Assembly: GCF_019973615.1 (NCBI RefSeq)
Contig: NZ_AP024238.1
Span: 2,717,989 to 2,749,988, forward strand
Source of the DNA: Rhodoferax lithotrophicus
GTDB taxonomy: Bacteria; Pseudomonadota; Gammaproteobacteria; Burkholderiales; Burkholderiaceae_C
DNA: 32,000 nucleotides
Direction: 5' to 3'
Part shown: piece by piece, positions 15,814 to 24,459 of the stretch
Layout of the letters: each line of letters opens with the position of its first letter
How positions within the stretch are numbered: the stretch's first letter is position 1
Notes under the pieces: generated by a model
The model's input: only the letters and a program-made list of their open reading frames with translations
What the model was told of the DNA's origin: nothing
Database searches by the model: none
Position numbers and translations under genes: made by a program

Positions 15814-15890
15814 CTCGACTCCAAATCAAAACGAAATTATCCATCCAGCGCCAAGTAGTCCCGCACACTTGCACCCCGGAAAATCGCCTC

Positions 15891-17192
15891 CTACAGGACA
15901 TCCTTGAGTCGGTGGTACAACATACCCAAGACTAGGCTCGGTGTACGCAGCAAGGCTCCGCCCGGAAAATGGTGATGTTGCAACTTGGCAAACACATCAA
16001 ATTGCTCAGCTTGTCCGGCTACCACTTGCGCAGCCAGTTGACCAGCTAGTCCGGTCAATGCAACACCATGCCCGCTAAAGCCCTGCAGGTAAATCATGTT
16101 GTCACCCAAACGCCCAAAATCAGGCGCACGGTTCATGCTGATGTCGACAAACCCACCCCATACATGCTCAATCTGCACACCTTTGAGTTGCGGAAAAATC
16201 ATCTCCATGCGCTTGGCCATCACGGCTTTGAGATTCATCGGCGTGCGGGTGGAATAACTCACGCGGCCACCAAACAACATGCGGTGATCGGCACTGAAAC
16301 GAAAATAATCCAATACAAAATTATTGTCGCAAGCAGCGGCGTTGCTCGGAATCAGTTGGCGACACAAGTCTGCTGACAGCGGTGCTGTGCTGATCATGTA
16401 AGTGCCCACCGGCATGACACGTGGCGTGAGTTCGGGCGCTACACGCGGACCATATTCAGGCAAGGTACAGTTGCCTGCCAGCACTACAAATTTAGCGCGC
16501 ACCTGTCCTTGGGCGGTTTGCGCACTCAAGACTGCACCTCTCTCCAACAAGGTCACCGCTGAATGTTCAAAAATCTGGACACCCAGCGACTTGGCCGCCT
16601 GTGCCAGACCTAGGCCAAACTTCAGGGGATGCAGATGACCTGAAGATGTTTCGAATGCTGCAGCACAGTAACGCGGACTCTGGATGTAATCCTGCACCTG
16701 CGCACCGGTGACAAATTCATGTGCAAAACCATAGTCACGCTGCATGGCCATGCAATCTGCCTCCAAAGCTCGTGCCTTGCGTGCCGAATCGGCCACATAC
16801 ATATAACCCTTCACCCGGTCACAGGCAATATCAAACTCACGGATGCGCTCGTCGATCAAGTCAATCGACTGCATGGACATGTCCCACGCTTGACGCGCCA
16901 AAGTCTTGCCCAATTGCTGCTCAAATAGCCCCTGCCCACACGCAAAACCGGCAATGGCTTGGCCACCGTTGCGTCCAGACGCACCACTACACACCTGATC
17001 AGCCTCTAGCACCACCACCTGGTAGCCACGCCGTGCCAACTCAATAGCCGCCGACAAGCCGGCATAACCCGCGCCGACCACCAGTACATCGGTATTCAGC
17101 GCTCCCTGCAAAGGGGGCTGCAATGGGGGGCGAACCACACTGGCTTCGTAATAACTTTGTTGATTGAGTTGGGTGTCAGAGTCAAGCAGCAT
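15891..17192 (-). CDS. FAD-dependent oxidoreductase of the gamma-glutamylputrescine oxidase (PuuB/PauB) family
   Basis: 433 aa, colinear by eye with E. coli PuuB: SYYEAS, VVGAGYAGLSAA..LA..G..VVVLEA, GASGRNGGQ, SGHLHPL, KFVVLAGN, PQLKGV, GRL, YLQGFSGHGV, HHFPGG. Confidence 0.88.
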   Translation of the reverse strand: MLLDSDTQLNQQSYYEASVVRPPLQPPLQGALNTDVLVVGAGYAGLSAAIELARRGYQVVVLEADQVCSGASGRNGGQAIAGFACGQGLFEQQLGKTLARQAWDMSMQSIDLIDERIREFDIACDRVKGYMYVADSARKARALEADCMAMQRDYGFAHEFVTGAQVQDYIQSPRYCAAAFETSSGHLHPLKFGLGLAQAAKSLGVQIFEHSAVTLLERGAVLSAQTAQGQVRAKFVVLAGNCTLPEYGPRVAPELTPRVMPVGTYMISTAPLSADLCRQLIPSNAAACDNNFVLDYFRFSADHRMLFGGRVSYSTRTPMNLKAVMAKRMEMIFPQLKGVQIEHVWGGFVDISMNRAPDFGRLGDNMIYLQGFSGHGVALTGLAGQLAAQVVAGQAEQFDVFAKLQHHHFPGGALLRTPSLVLGMLYHRLKDVL

Positions 17193-17214
17193 ACAGGTTG
17201 CGCCTTTTCACAAT

Positions 17215-18132
17215 TCAAGGATGTTTGGCCACTTGTCCACACAGGTAGGTCCAGACCAGGGTCGCCGCTGCCGTGCTGGTGAGCTCCGCGTGGTCATAGG
17301 CCGGAGCCACCTCCACGCAGTCCATGCCAATACAGTCCAGCACCGACAACTCCTCCATGAACGTCAGCAGCTGCGAACTGCTCAGGCCACCTGGCTCTGG
17401 CGTTCCTGTGCCAGGGGCAAAGGCGGGATCCAGACAATCAATGTCCAGTGTGATGTAACAAGGCCGCCCCTTCAGGCGCAACACAATTTCAGCAATCACC
17501 GGCTGCAGTGCCGTGCCATCCAAGCCGCGCAACTGCCGGCCGGTAAAAATCAACCCACCCTGGTCCTGCACGTACTCACGGGCAGCGCGCTCACCGCTGG
17601 AACGCAGGCCAATTTGCACCGTATGCATGGGGCTGACCAAACCTTCGGCCATCGCCTCGTAAGTCCAGGTGCCATGGCCGGAAGGCTCGCCGAAATGATC
17701 TGTCCAGGTGTCGCAATGCGCATCAAAATGCACCAAGGCCAACTCACCATGCAAGGCGTGTGCGGCCCTGAGCAAGGGCAGCGTCACAGAATGGTCGCCT
17801 CCCAAAAACACACAGTGATGTCGCCCCATCAGCAACGATGCCTGACGCTGGATATGCGCACGCACGTCGGCCAGTGGCGAGGCATTGGGCAAGTGCATGT
17901 CATAGGCATCACCCAAATGCCCCAACGGGCTCACCCCAAAATGAGGATGAATACCATCGCACAGCATCAAGCTCGCTCGGCGAATATCTTGTGGCCCCAT
18001 ACGGGCCCCTGGACGATGGGTCACCGCACCGTCAAATGGCACACCCGCAATAGCAAAAGCTTGGCAATCCAGCTCTGGGGCACCCAGAAAGCGGTTGGTG
18101 TTGTTGGCATAGGCAAAATGTCCAAGCGTCAT
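17215..18132 (-). CDS. agmatinase-family ureohydrolase (agmatinase / guanidinobutyrase / guanidinopropionase type)
   Basis: 305 aa. Arginase-fold Mn-binding motifs LGGDHSVT, VHFDAHCDTW and ITLDIDCLDPAFAPGTGTPEPGG. AAGGA lies 6 nt before the ATG, and the stop is 22 nt before the downstream oxidase start. Confidence 0.9.
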   Translation of the reverse strand: MTLGHFAYANNTNRFLGAPELDCQAFAIAGVPFDGAVTHRPGARMGPQDIRRASLMLCDGIHPHFGVSPLGHLGDAYDMHLPNASPLADVRAHIQRQASLLMGRHHCVFLGGDHSVTLPLLRAAHALHGELALVHFDAHCDTWTDHFGEPSGHGTWTYEAMAEGLVSPMHTVQIGLRSSGERAAREYVQDQGGLIFTGRQLRGLDGTALQPVIAEIVLRLKGRPCYITLDIDCLDPAFAPGTGTPEPGGLSSSQLLTFMEELSVLDCIGMDCVEVAPAYDHAELTSTAAATLVWTYLCGQVAKHP

Positions 18133-18163
18133 AAGTGATCCTTACAGGGGGTCAGAGACAACC

Positions 18164-19225
18164 ATGGTAACCCTCCATACCCGTCACCAGCGCACCAGTT
18201 CAGCACAAACTGCTGGGGCCAATAGCTGTTGTGTTTCAGGCATCATCTATGTTTTGCACCATCGACACACATCCATCTTGAAGCCAAATCATCTCTCCGT
18301 CCTTCATGCCCCACCCCGTTGGCTGGCCTATGGTTTACTGGCTTTAAGCATGTCACTGGTAGGCAGCTATGTGGCCTTGAGCAAACCCCTGGTGGCGGCC
18401 ATACCCATATTTTTACTAGCCTGGCTGCGTTTTGGCCTGGGTGCCCTGGCCATGCCACACTGGCTGCGTAAACCGCCAGATGAACCACCCTTGAGCCCAG
18501 CCACCCAACGCCTGATTTTTCTGGAGTCGTTTCTGGGCAATTTTTTGTTCACGGTGTGTATGTTGTTTGGCGTGAGCATGACCACGGCAGTCTCTGCCGG
18601 TGTCATCATGGCCGCCATTCCCACGGCAGTGGCACTGCTCAGCTGGGTGTTTTTGCGTGAGCGCATTGGTCCGCGAGTATGGCTGGCCATCGGTTTTGCA
18701 GTAACTGGCATCGCCCTGTTTTCACTATCAAAAAAAGAGCTATCAGCGCTTGATCCACAAGCATCAGAGGCTAATTTTTTACATAAAAATGCCTGGCTCG
18801 GCAATCTGCTGGTGTTGGGCGCTGTGGTATGTGAAGCCTCGTATGCAGTGATTGGCAAAAAGCTCACCGGCAGTATCTCCCCCAAACGTATCACCGCCTT
18901 GATCAACCTGTGGGGGCTGGCACTCATGACCCCGTTTGGGCTGTATGCAGCCTGGGCTTTTGACTTTTCATCCATTCAACCCAGCATGTGGCTACTGCTG
19001 GTGTTTTATGCGCTGGCCGCCAGTGTCTGGACCGTCTGGCTGTGGATGACCGGCTTAAAAACCATTCCGGCTGCACGTGCCGGCGTGTTCACCGTGATGC
19101 TGCCGATCTCTGCCGCACTGGTGGGGGTTGGGGTGCTGGGCGAGAGCCTCAGCACCATGCAGATGCTGGCTTTTGGTCTGTGCCTGGTGGGGGTTGTGCT
19201 GGCTACCCTGCCCAGCCGCAGATGA
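18164..19225 (+). CDS. DMT-superfamily transporter, EamA family
   Basis: Polytopic, with EamA-type helices (LVGSYVALSKPLVAAIPIFLLAWLRFGLGAL; AGVFTVMLPISAALVGVGVLGESLS). The start is uncertain. ATG 18164 leaves only 31 bp to the divergent agmatinase start and adds an atypical 50-aa N-terminus. The in-frame TTG at 18278 is an alternative. Confidence 0.8.
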   Translation: MVTLHTRHQRTSSAQTAGANSCCVSGIIYVLHHRHTSILKPNHLSVLHAPPRWLAYGLLALSMSLVGSYVALSKPLVAAIPIFLLAWLRFGLGALAMPHWLRKPPDEPPLSPATQRLIFLESFLGNFLFTVCMLFGVSMTTAVSAGVIMAAIPTAVALLSWVFLRERIGPRVWLAIGFAVTGIALFSLSKKELSALDPQASEANFLHKNAWLGNLLVLGAVVCEASYAVIGKKLTGSISPKRITALINLWGLALMTPFGLYAAWAFDFSSIQPSMWLLLVFYALAASVWTVWLWMTGLKTIPAARAGVFTVMLPISAALVGVGVLGESLSTMQMLAFGLCLVGVVLATLPSRR

Positions 19226-19234
19226 AAACAAAAC

Positions 19235-19756
19235 TCAAACCAGTCTGTTAGTACTGATCACCATGCCATCAGCATCGGCATACAGCCATTCACCCGGATT
19301 CACCCAAACACCCTGAATTTGCACGGGCAAGTCCTTCAAGCCCTGGTTTTTCTTCTCGGTTGGCATCGGCATGCTGGCCAGGGCACGAATACCAACATGG
19401 AGCGGTGCAAGTTCTGCCACATCACGCACACAACCATCAATCACCACACCGGCCCAGCCATTTCTGGCTGCAGCCGCGCCCAGATTGCCACCCAGCAGTG
19501 CCCGACGTAATGAGCCTGCACCATCCACAACCAATACCTTGCCAATACGCCCCTCGGGCGACTCTTCAAAACCGCATGAATCAACCGCGGCTTTGACCAA
19601 GGTGTTGTCTTCAAAGCATTTGACCGTCACCACAGGACCACAAAACACGCGCTGTGCACCAAAGTCTTTGAAGACTGGTGGCAGCACCCGAAACTGCTCA
19701 GGTGCAGCATTTTTATGCGTATCACAAAGATCGCAGGTGGCAAAACTTAGAGTCAT
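19235..19756 (-). CDS. rraA: ribonuclease E activity regulator RraA (RraA/HMG aldolase family)
   Basis: 173 aa from ATG 19756 (AAGGAA 7 nt upstream); the track ORF extends to 19831. Colinear with E. coli RraA: CDLCD, VTVKCFEDN, VLVVDG.GS.RRAL, G.VI.G.VRD, LYAD..G. Confidence 0.88.
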   Translation of the reverse strand: MTLSFATCDLCDTHKNAAPEQFRVLPPVFKDFGAQRVFCGPVVTVKCFEDNTLVKAAVDSCGFEESPEGRIGKVLVVDGAGSLRRALLGGNLGAAAARNGWAGVVIDGCVRDVAELAPLHVGIRALASMPMPTEKKNQGLKDLPVQIQGVWVNPGEWLYADADGMVISTNRLV

Positions 19757-19855
19757 AAAAATTCCTTTGGATGTTGGAGTAGAGGAAAAATTGTAAAACC
19801 AGCAAAAACATGGCGTAAAACGATGCACCACTCGGTGAAATTCGTGTCATCCCCC

Positions 19856-19884
19856 TTGGAAAGGGTTAATTTCTCCAGTAGGAT
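19856..19884 (+). promoter_or_regulatory. putative sigma70 promoter of the SWIB gene
   Basis: -35 TTGGAA (19856-19861), 17-nt spacer, -10 TAGGAT (19879-19884), about 60 nt upstream of ATG 19949. Confidence 0.35.
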
Positions 19885-19948
19885 TCGACCCAACCAGCCC
19901 GTCTGTGCGCAGCTGGCGATTCACTTAACTTGAAAAGGACATCCGAAT

Positions 19949-20164
19949 ATGGCAACTGCAACCAAAGCTCCAGCAAAAAAAGCCGCCCCCGCCACTAAAG
20001 CAGCTCCTGCTAAAAAAGCGGCTCCCGCCAAAGCTGCAGCGCCTGCCAAAAAAGTAGCAACCCAAGCCGCAGCCCCAGTCAAAAAGACGGCACCCGCAAA
20101 AACGGCCGCTCCCGCCAAAGCAACAGCAAAAGCAGTCGCAGCTGCCCCAGCACCTGCTGCCAAG
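19949..20164 (+). repeat. coding low-complexity repeat (AKKAAPA-like units)
   Basis: Reiterated GCn-AAA-AAA-GCn-GCn-CCn-GCn codon units. They generate the mirror ORF 19921..20262(-). Confidence 0.7.
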
Positions 20165-20413
20165 CGTGCAGTCAACTCAGCCTTCATGAAAGCCCTGACT
20201 CCCAGCGCTGCATTGGCCGCTGTGGTGGGCGCAAAAGCCCTGCCCCGCACCGAAGTGGTCAAACAGCTGTGGGTCTATATCAAAGCCAACAAACTCCAAG
20301 ATACAGAAAACAAACGCATGATCAATGCCGATACCAAGCTCAAAGCCGTGTTTGGCAAAGCCCAGGTCACCATGTTTGAAATGGCGGGACTGATTGGCAA
20401 GCACCTGAAATAA
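19949..20413 (+). CDS. SWIB/MDM2-domain protein with N-terminal histone H1-like Ala/Lys/Pro-rich tail
   Basis: 154 aa. Residues 1-72 are AKKAAPA-type low complexity. The C-terminal ~80 aa (LTPSAALAAVVGAKALPRTEVVKQLWVYIKANKLQD...MINADTKLKAVFG...VTMFEMAGLIGKHL) match the SWIB domain pattern. Confidence 0.88.
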   Translation: MATATKAPAKKAAPATKAAPAKKAAPAKAAAPAKKVATQAAAPVKKTAPAKTAAPAKATAKAVAAAPAPAAKRAVNSAFMKALTPSAALAAVVGAKALPRTEVVKQLWVYIKANKLQDTENKRMINADTKLKAVFGKAQVTMFEMAGLIGKHLK

Positions 20414-20433
20414 TTTTTAAGAGCCATCACTTC

Positions 20434-20462
20434 AAAAGCCGACGCAAGTCGGCTTTTTGTTT
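20434..20462 (+). terminator. rho-independent terminator after the SWIB gene
   Basis: AAAAGCCGAC-GCAA-GTCGGCTTTT then TGTTTG: a perfect 10-bp stem with a GNRA loop. Confidence 0.88.
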
Positions 20463-20504
20463 GTGGCATCATGCCGACAATTACAAAATAATTACACACT
20501 GTAA

Positions 20505-21509
20505 ATGTTGCGTTTTCTCCTTACCCGCTTGAGCCTCATTGTCCCGACCTTCATCGGCATGACATTGGTGGCCTTTTTCCTTATCCGGTTGGTGCCGGGT
20601 GATCCCATCGAAACGCTGGCTGGCGAGCGCGGCATTGATGCCACTCGCCATGCTGAATTGCTCAAAGCCTATGGACTGGATCGCCCGGTCATGGTGCAGT
20701 ACGGCATCTACATTGGCCGGGTGTTACAAGGCGATCTGGGCACATCCATCATCACCCATGAGCCCGTTCTCAACGAGTTTCTGGCCTTGTTCCCCGCCAC
20801 CATTGAACTGGCTGTGTGCGCCATTCTTTTTGCTCTGATCATTGGCATCCCGGCGGGTATCCTGGCCGCAATCAAACGCAATACCATTCTGGATCACGGT
20901 GTCATGGGGGTGTCACTCACGGGCTATTCCATGCCCATTTTCTGGTGGGGCCTGTTGCTGATTTTGCTGTTTTCGGTGCAACTCGACATGACCCCAGTGT
21001 CTGGACGTATTGCCGTGCAGTACTTCATTGAACCCGTCACCGGATTTTTATTGATTGACACCTGGCTGGCGGGTGACAAAGATGCATTCTGGTCAGCACT
21101 CACCCACCTGATATTGCCCACTATCGTGCTGGGTACCAACCCGCTTGCAGTGATTGCCCGCATGACCCGCTCAGCCATGCTGGAAGTATTGGGTGAAGAC
21201 TACATTCGCACGGCGCGTGCCAAGGGTTTGTCCAACTTTCGCGTAGTCGCGCTACACGCCCTGCGCAACGCACTCATTCCAGTCATCACTGTGATCGGTC
21301 TCCAGGTAGGTGTGCTCTTCACTGGCGCCATCCTGACTGAAACCATTTTTTCGTGGCCAGGCGTTGGCAAATGGATGATCGAAGCCATTGGCCGACGTGA
21401 CTACCCGGTCTTGCAAGGCGGCATGCTGCTGCTGGGCGGCATGGTCATGATCGTCAACCTGCTGGTAGACGTGACCTACGGCATCATCAACCCCCGCATC
21501 CGGCACTGA
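20505..21509 (+). CDS. dppB: dipeptide ABC transporter permease DppB
   Basis: 334 aa. N-terminus MLRFLLTRL...VAFFLIRLVPGDP and the EAA-type loop YIRTARAKGLSNFRVVALHALRNALIPV are typical of DppB/OppB permeases. Confidence 0.88.
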   Translation: MLRFLLTRLSLIVPTFIGMTLVAFFLIRLVPGDPIETLAGERGIDATRHAELLKAYGLDRPVMVQYGIYIGRVLQGDLGTSIITHEPVLNEFLALFPATIELAVCAILFALIIGIPAGILAAIKRNTILDHGVMGVSLTGYSMPIFWWGLLLILLFSVQLDMTPVSGRIAVQYFIEPVTGFLLIDTWLAGDKDAFWSALTHLILPTIVLGTNPLAVIARMTRSAMLEVLGEDYIRTARAKGLSNFRVVALHALRNALIPVITVIGLQVGVLFTGAILTETIFSWPGVGKWMIEAIGRRDYPVLQGGMLLLGGMVMIVNLLVDVTYGIINPRIRH

Positions 21510-21514
21510 ACATT

Positions 21515-22411
21515 ATGACCACCCTTGCCGACAACACCCCCCATTTTGAACCACCGCACCCGTTACGCGAATTCTGGGACTATTTCTCAACCAACAAAGG
21601 GGCCGTGGCGGGCCTGGTCATCGTGCTGCTGGTGCTGCTGATGGCCGCTTTGGCCCCCTGGATTGCGCCCTACTCGCCCAATGACACCGACCCCAGCGTG
21701 TTTTTGACACCACCAGCGTGGCAAGCTGGCGGCTCCAGTGCCCACTGGCTGGGTACCGATGCGATTGGCCGCGATATTTTGTCGCGCCTGATCCATGGCG
21801 CACGTTTGTCCCTGGCCATTGGTCTGGCCGTGGTGGCCCTCTCGGTGGTGCTGGGCACGGTGCTGGGGTTGACGGCAGGCTATTTCCGTGGGTTGTTTGA
21901 AATTGCAGTGATGCGGCTGATGGACATCATCCTGACCCTGCCCAGTCTGTTGCTGGCCATCGTCATCGTGGCAATTCTGGGCCCCGGTTTGATGAACGCC
22001 ATGCTGGCGGTGGCTGTTGTGGTGTTGCCGCATTACGTGCGCATCACCCGCGCTGCCGTCATCACCGAAATGAGCCGCGACTACGTCACCGCCGCCCGCA
22101 TGAACGGTGCGGGCCATTGGCGGCTGATGTTCAACGAGGTGCTGCCCAACTGTACAGCACCGCTGATTGTGCAAGCCTCACTGGGCATTTCAGCGGCCAT
22201 TCTGGATGCTGCTGCCTTGGGCTTTCTGGGTCTGGGCGCACAACCCCCCTCGCCCGAATGGGGCACCATGCTGGCCGATGCGCGTGAATTTGTGCTGCGT
22301 GCCTGGTGGGTCGTCACCTTCCCTGGCCTGGCGATTTTGATCACTGTGCTGGCGTTCAACTTGCTCGGTGATGGTTTACGTGATGCGTTTGATCCCAAAC
22401 TCAAGCGATAA
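21515..22411 (+). CDS. dppC: dipeptide ABC transporter permease DppC
   Basis: 298 aa. HWLGTDAIGRDILSRLIHGAR and DYVTAARMNGAGHWRLMFNEVLPN are typical of DppC/OppC. It starts 5 nt after dppB. Confidence 0.88.
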   Translation: MTTLADNTPHFEPPHPLREFWDYFSTNKGAVAGLVIVLLVLLMAALAPWIAPYSPNDTDPSVFLTPPAWQAGGSSAHWLGTDAIGRDILSRLIHGARLSLAIGLAVVALSVVLGTVLGLTAGYFRGLFEIAVMRLMDIILTLPSLLLAIVIVAILGPGLMNAMLAVAVVVLPHYVRITRAAVITEMSRDYVTAARMNGAGHWRLMFNEVLPNCTAPLIVQASLGISAAILDAAALGFLGLGAQPPSPEWGTMLADAREFVLRAWWVVTFPGLAILITVLAFNLLGDGLRDAFDPKLKR

Positions 22412-22423
22412 AAAAATAATGTT

Positions 22424-23395
22424 ATGGCTCTTCTCGAAATAGAAAATCTGTCTGTACGGTTTCCGTCCAAAACGGCCGTCATGCACGCGGTGGACGGTGT
22501 CAGCCTGTCACTGGATGCAGGTGAAGTGCTGGGCATTGTGGGTGAATCCGGCTCGGGTAAAAGTGTCACCATGATGGCGCTGATGGGGCTGGTGTCTTTT
22601 CCAGGTGTAGTGCGCGCCGACAAACTACGTTTTGACGGGCATGACCTGTTGCAGCTCTCCAGCAGCGCGCGTGCCAAGCTCACCGGCAAAGATGTGGCCA
22701 TGATCTTTCAGGACCCCACCACAAGCCTGAACCCTTGTTTTACCGTCGGCTTCCAATTGGCCGAATCACTCAAGCTGCACCTGGGGATGGATGGCAAGAC
22801 CGCACGCAAGCGCTCCATTGAACTGCTGGAGCAAGTGGGTATCCCTGCTGCCGAAAGCCGCCTGAACGTCTACCCGCACCAGATGTCAGGCGGTATGAAC
22901 CAGCGCGTGATGATTGCCATGGCCATTTCCTGCAACCCCAAGCTGCTGATTGCCGATGAGCCTACTACCGCGCTTGACGTGACCATCCAGGCACAAATTC
23001 TTGACTTGCTGCGCACCTTGCAAAAAGATCTGAACATGGCTCTGGTGCTGATCACCCACAACATGGGTGTGGTGTCCGAGATGGCGCAACGTGTGGCCGT
23101 GATGTATGCCGGCCAGATCATGGAAACACGCAGCGCTCACGACATTTTCGAGTCACCCCAGCATCCCTACACCGAAGCACTGCTGGCAGCCATGCCCGAG
23201 CGCAGCGACGGTGCAACCCGTCTGGCCACTATTCCCGGCATGGTGCCCGGCCTGTTTGACCGACCCAGCGGTTGCCTGTTTGCGCCACGTTGCGCCTATG
23301 CCTCGCAGCATTGCCGCACCGAGCGCCCTGAATTGCGGGATTGGCAAACCGGCATGGTGCGTTGCCACTACCCATTACAAGGGGACAGCGTATGA
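22424..23395 (+). CDS. dppD: dipeptide ABC transporter ATP-binding protein DppD
   Basis: 323 aa. Walker A GESGSGKS, signature MSGGMNQRV, Walker [13 protein letters not shown], and a C-terminal oligopeptide-transporter extension with CLFAPRC. Confidence 0.9.
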   Translation: MALLEIENLSVRFPSKTAVMHAVDGVSLSLDAGEVLGIVGESGSGKSVTMMALMGLVSFPGVVRADKLRFDGHDLLQLSSSARAKLTGKDVAMIFQDPTTSLNPCFTVGFQLAESLKLHLGMDGKTARKRSIELLEQVGIPAAESRLNVYPHQMSGGMNQRVMIAMAISCNPKLLIADEPTTALDVTIQAQILDLLRTLQKDLNMALVLITHNMGVVSEMAQRVAVMYAGQIMETRSAHDIFESPQHPYTEALLAAMPERSDGATRLATIPGMVPGLFDRPSGCLFAPRCAYASQHCRTERPELRDWQTGMVRCHYPLQGDSV

Positions 23396-24396
23396 ACCCA
23401 ATCCATACGCCCCCAGAAAAAACCATCGACCCCGTGGTGGTCGCTCGTGAGCTCAAGCAAGTCTACAAAATCAACCGCGGCTTCATGCATGCTGCCGACC
23501 ATTTGCAGGCGGTCAGTGGCGTGTCATTCACTGTGCAGGCGGGTAAAACACTGGCTGTCGTGGGTGAATCCGGTTGCGGCAAGTCCACCCTGGCGCGTAT
23601 GGTGTCCTTGATTGAGACCCCAACTTCTGGTGAGTTGTCACTCGGTGGGGTGGATGTGGTGAAGGCCAGTACCCAAGAGCGCCATGCCTTGCGCCGAAAA
23701 GTTCAACTGGTCTTTCAAAACCCGTTTGGCTCACTCAATCCCCGCAAGAAAATTGGCTCCATTCTGGAGTCTCCGCTGGAGATCAATACCCCACTGAATC
23801 ATGTAGAACGTTCCGAACAAGCCCGTGCCATGTTGACTCTGGTGGGGCTTCGTCCAGAACACTTCGACCGCTACCCCCACATGTTTTCGGGCGGTCAGCG
23901 CCAGCGCATCGCCATCGCCCGCGCCCTGATGCTCAAACCCAGCCTGATCGTGGCCGATGAACCGGTCTCGGCACTGGATGTCTCCATTCAGGCTCAGGTG
24001 CTCAACTTGCTGGCCGACTTGCAGCAAGAAATGCATCTGGCTTATCTGTTCATCTCGCATGACCTTGGTGTGGTGCGCCACATTGCGCACGATGTGCTGG
24101 TGATGTACCTGGGTCACGCGGTTGAACAAGGTGAGAAAAAAACCATCTTTGCGCAACCCTTGCACCCTTACACGCAGGCGCTGTTGGCATCCACCCCCGG
24201 CATTGTGGGCACGGGCGCAACCCAAAAACGCATTGTGCTGACGGGTGAGCTGCCCTCCCCCCTGAACCCACCCAGCGGCTGTGTGTTTTCAACCCGCTGT
24301 CCACATGTCACGGCGCAGTGCACCAGCGAGCGCCCGGTCTTGCGAGAACTGGCTGGCAGGCAAGTTGCTTGCCATTTGGCTGAACAATTCGTTTAA
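23392..24396 (+). CDS. dppF: dipeptide ABC transporter ATP-binding protein DppF
   Basis: 334 aa from ATG 23392, which overlaps the dppD stop (ATGA) and lies behind AAGGGGA. Walker [10 protein letters not shown], signature [15 protein letters not shown], Walker [13 protein letters not shown], and CVFSTRCP. Confidence 0.9.
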   Translation: MNPIHTPPEKTIDPVVVARELKQVYKINRGFMHAADHLQAVSGVSFTVQAGKTLAVVGESGCGKSTLARMVSLIETPTSGELSLGGVDVVKASTQERHALRRKVQLVFQNPFGSLNPRKKIGSILESPLEINTPLNHVERSEQARAMLTLVGLRPEHFDRYPHMFSGGQRQRIAIARALMLKPSLIVADEPVSALDVSIQAQVLNLLADLQQEMHLAYLFISHDLGVVRHIAHDVLVMYLGHAVEQGEKKTIFAQPLHPYTQALLASTPGIVGTGATQKRIVLTGELPSPLNPPSGCVFSTRCPHVTAQCTSERPVLRELAGRQVACHLAEQFV

Positions 24397-24421
24397 TCGG
24401 TTTGAACTGATTTTCTCAACC

Positions 24422-24436
24422 TGCTGCAACGCAGCA
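24422..24436 (+). other. small hairpin between dppF and dppA
   Basis: TGCTGC-AAC-GCAGCA, 25 nt after the dppF stop and 23 nt before the dppA ATG (AAGGAG SD follows). Confidence 0.3.
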
Positions 24437-24459
24437 TTAACCCGTAAGGAGTCCACAAG

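Noticed and set aside
17164-18138. 324-aa plus-strand ORF covering the agmatinase locus
   Set aside because: The minus-strand frame carries all the arginase-fold Mn-binding motifs. The plus frame is an Arg/His/Gln-rich shadow.
18367-18975. 202-aa minus-strand ORF within the EamA transporter gene
   Set aside because: It is an antisense shadow. The plus frame shows the polytopic EamA pattern.
19921-20262. 113-aa minus-strand ORF opposite the SWIB gene
   Set aside because: It is the mirror image of the AKKAAPA low-complexity repeat (it reads as an Ala/Gly/Phe repeat). The plus frame ends in a genuine SWIB domain and has a promoter, an SD and a terminator.
21587-22701. Minus-strand ORFs of 195 and 206 aa across dppC/dppD
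   Set aside because: They are antisense shadows of clearly identified ABC transporter genes.
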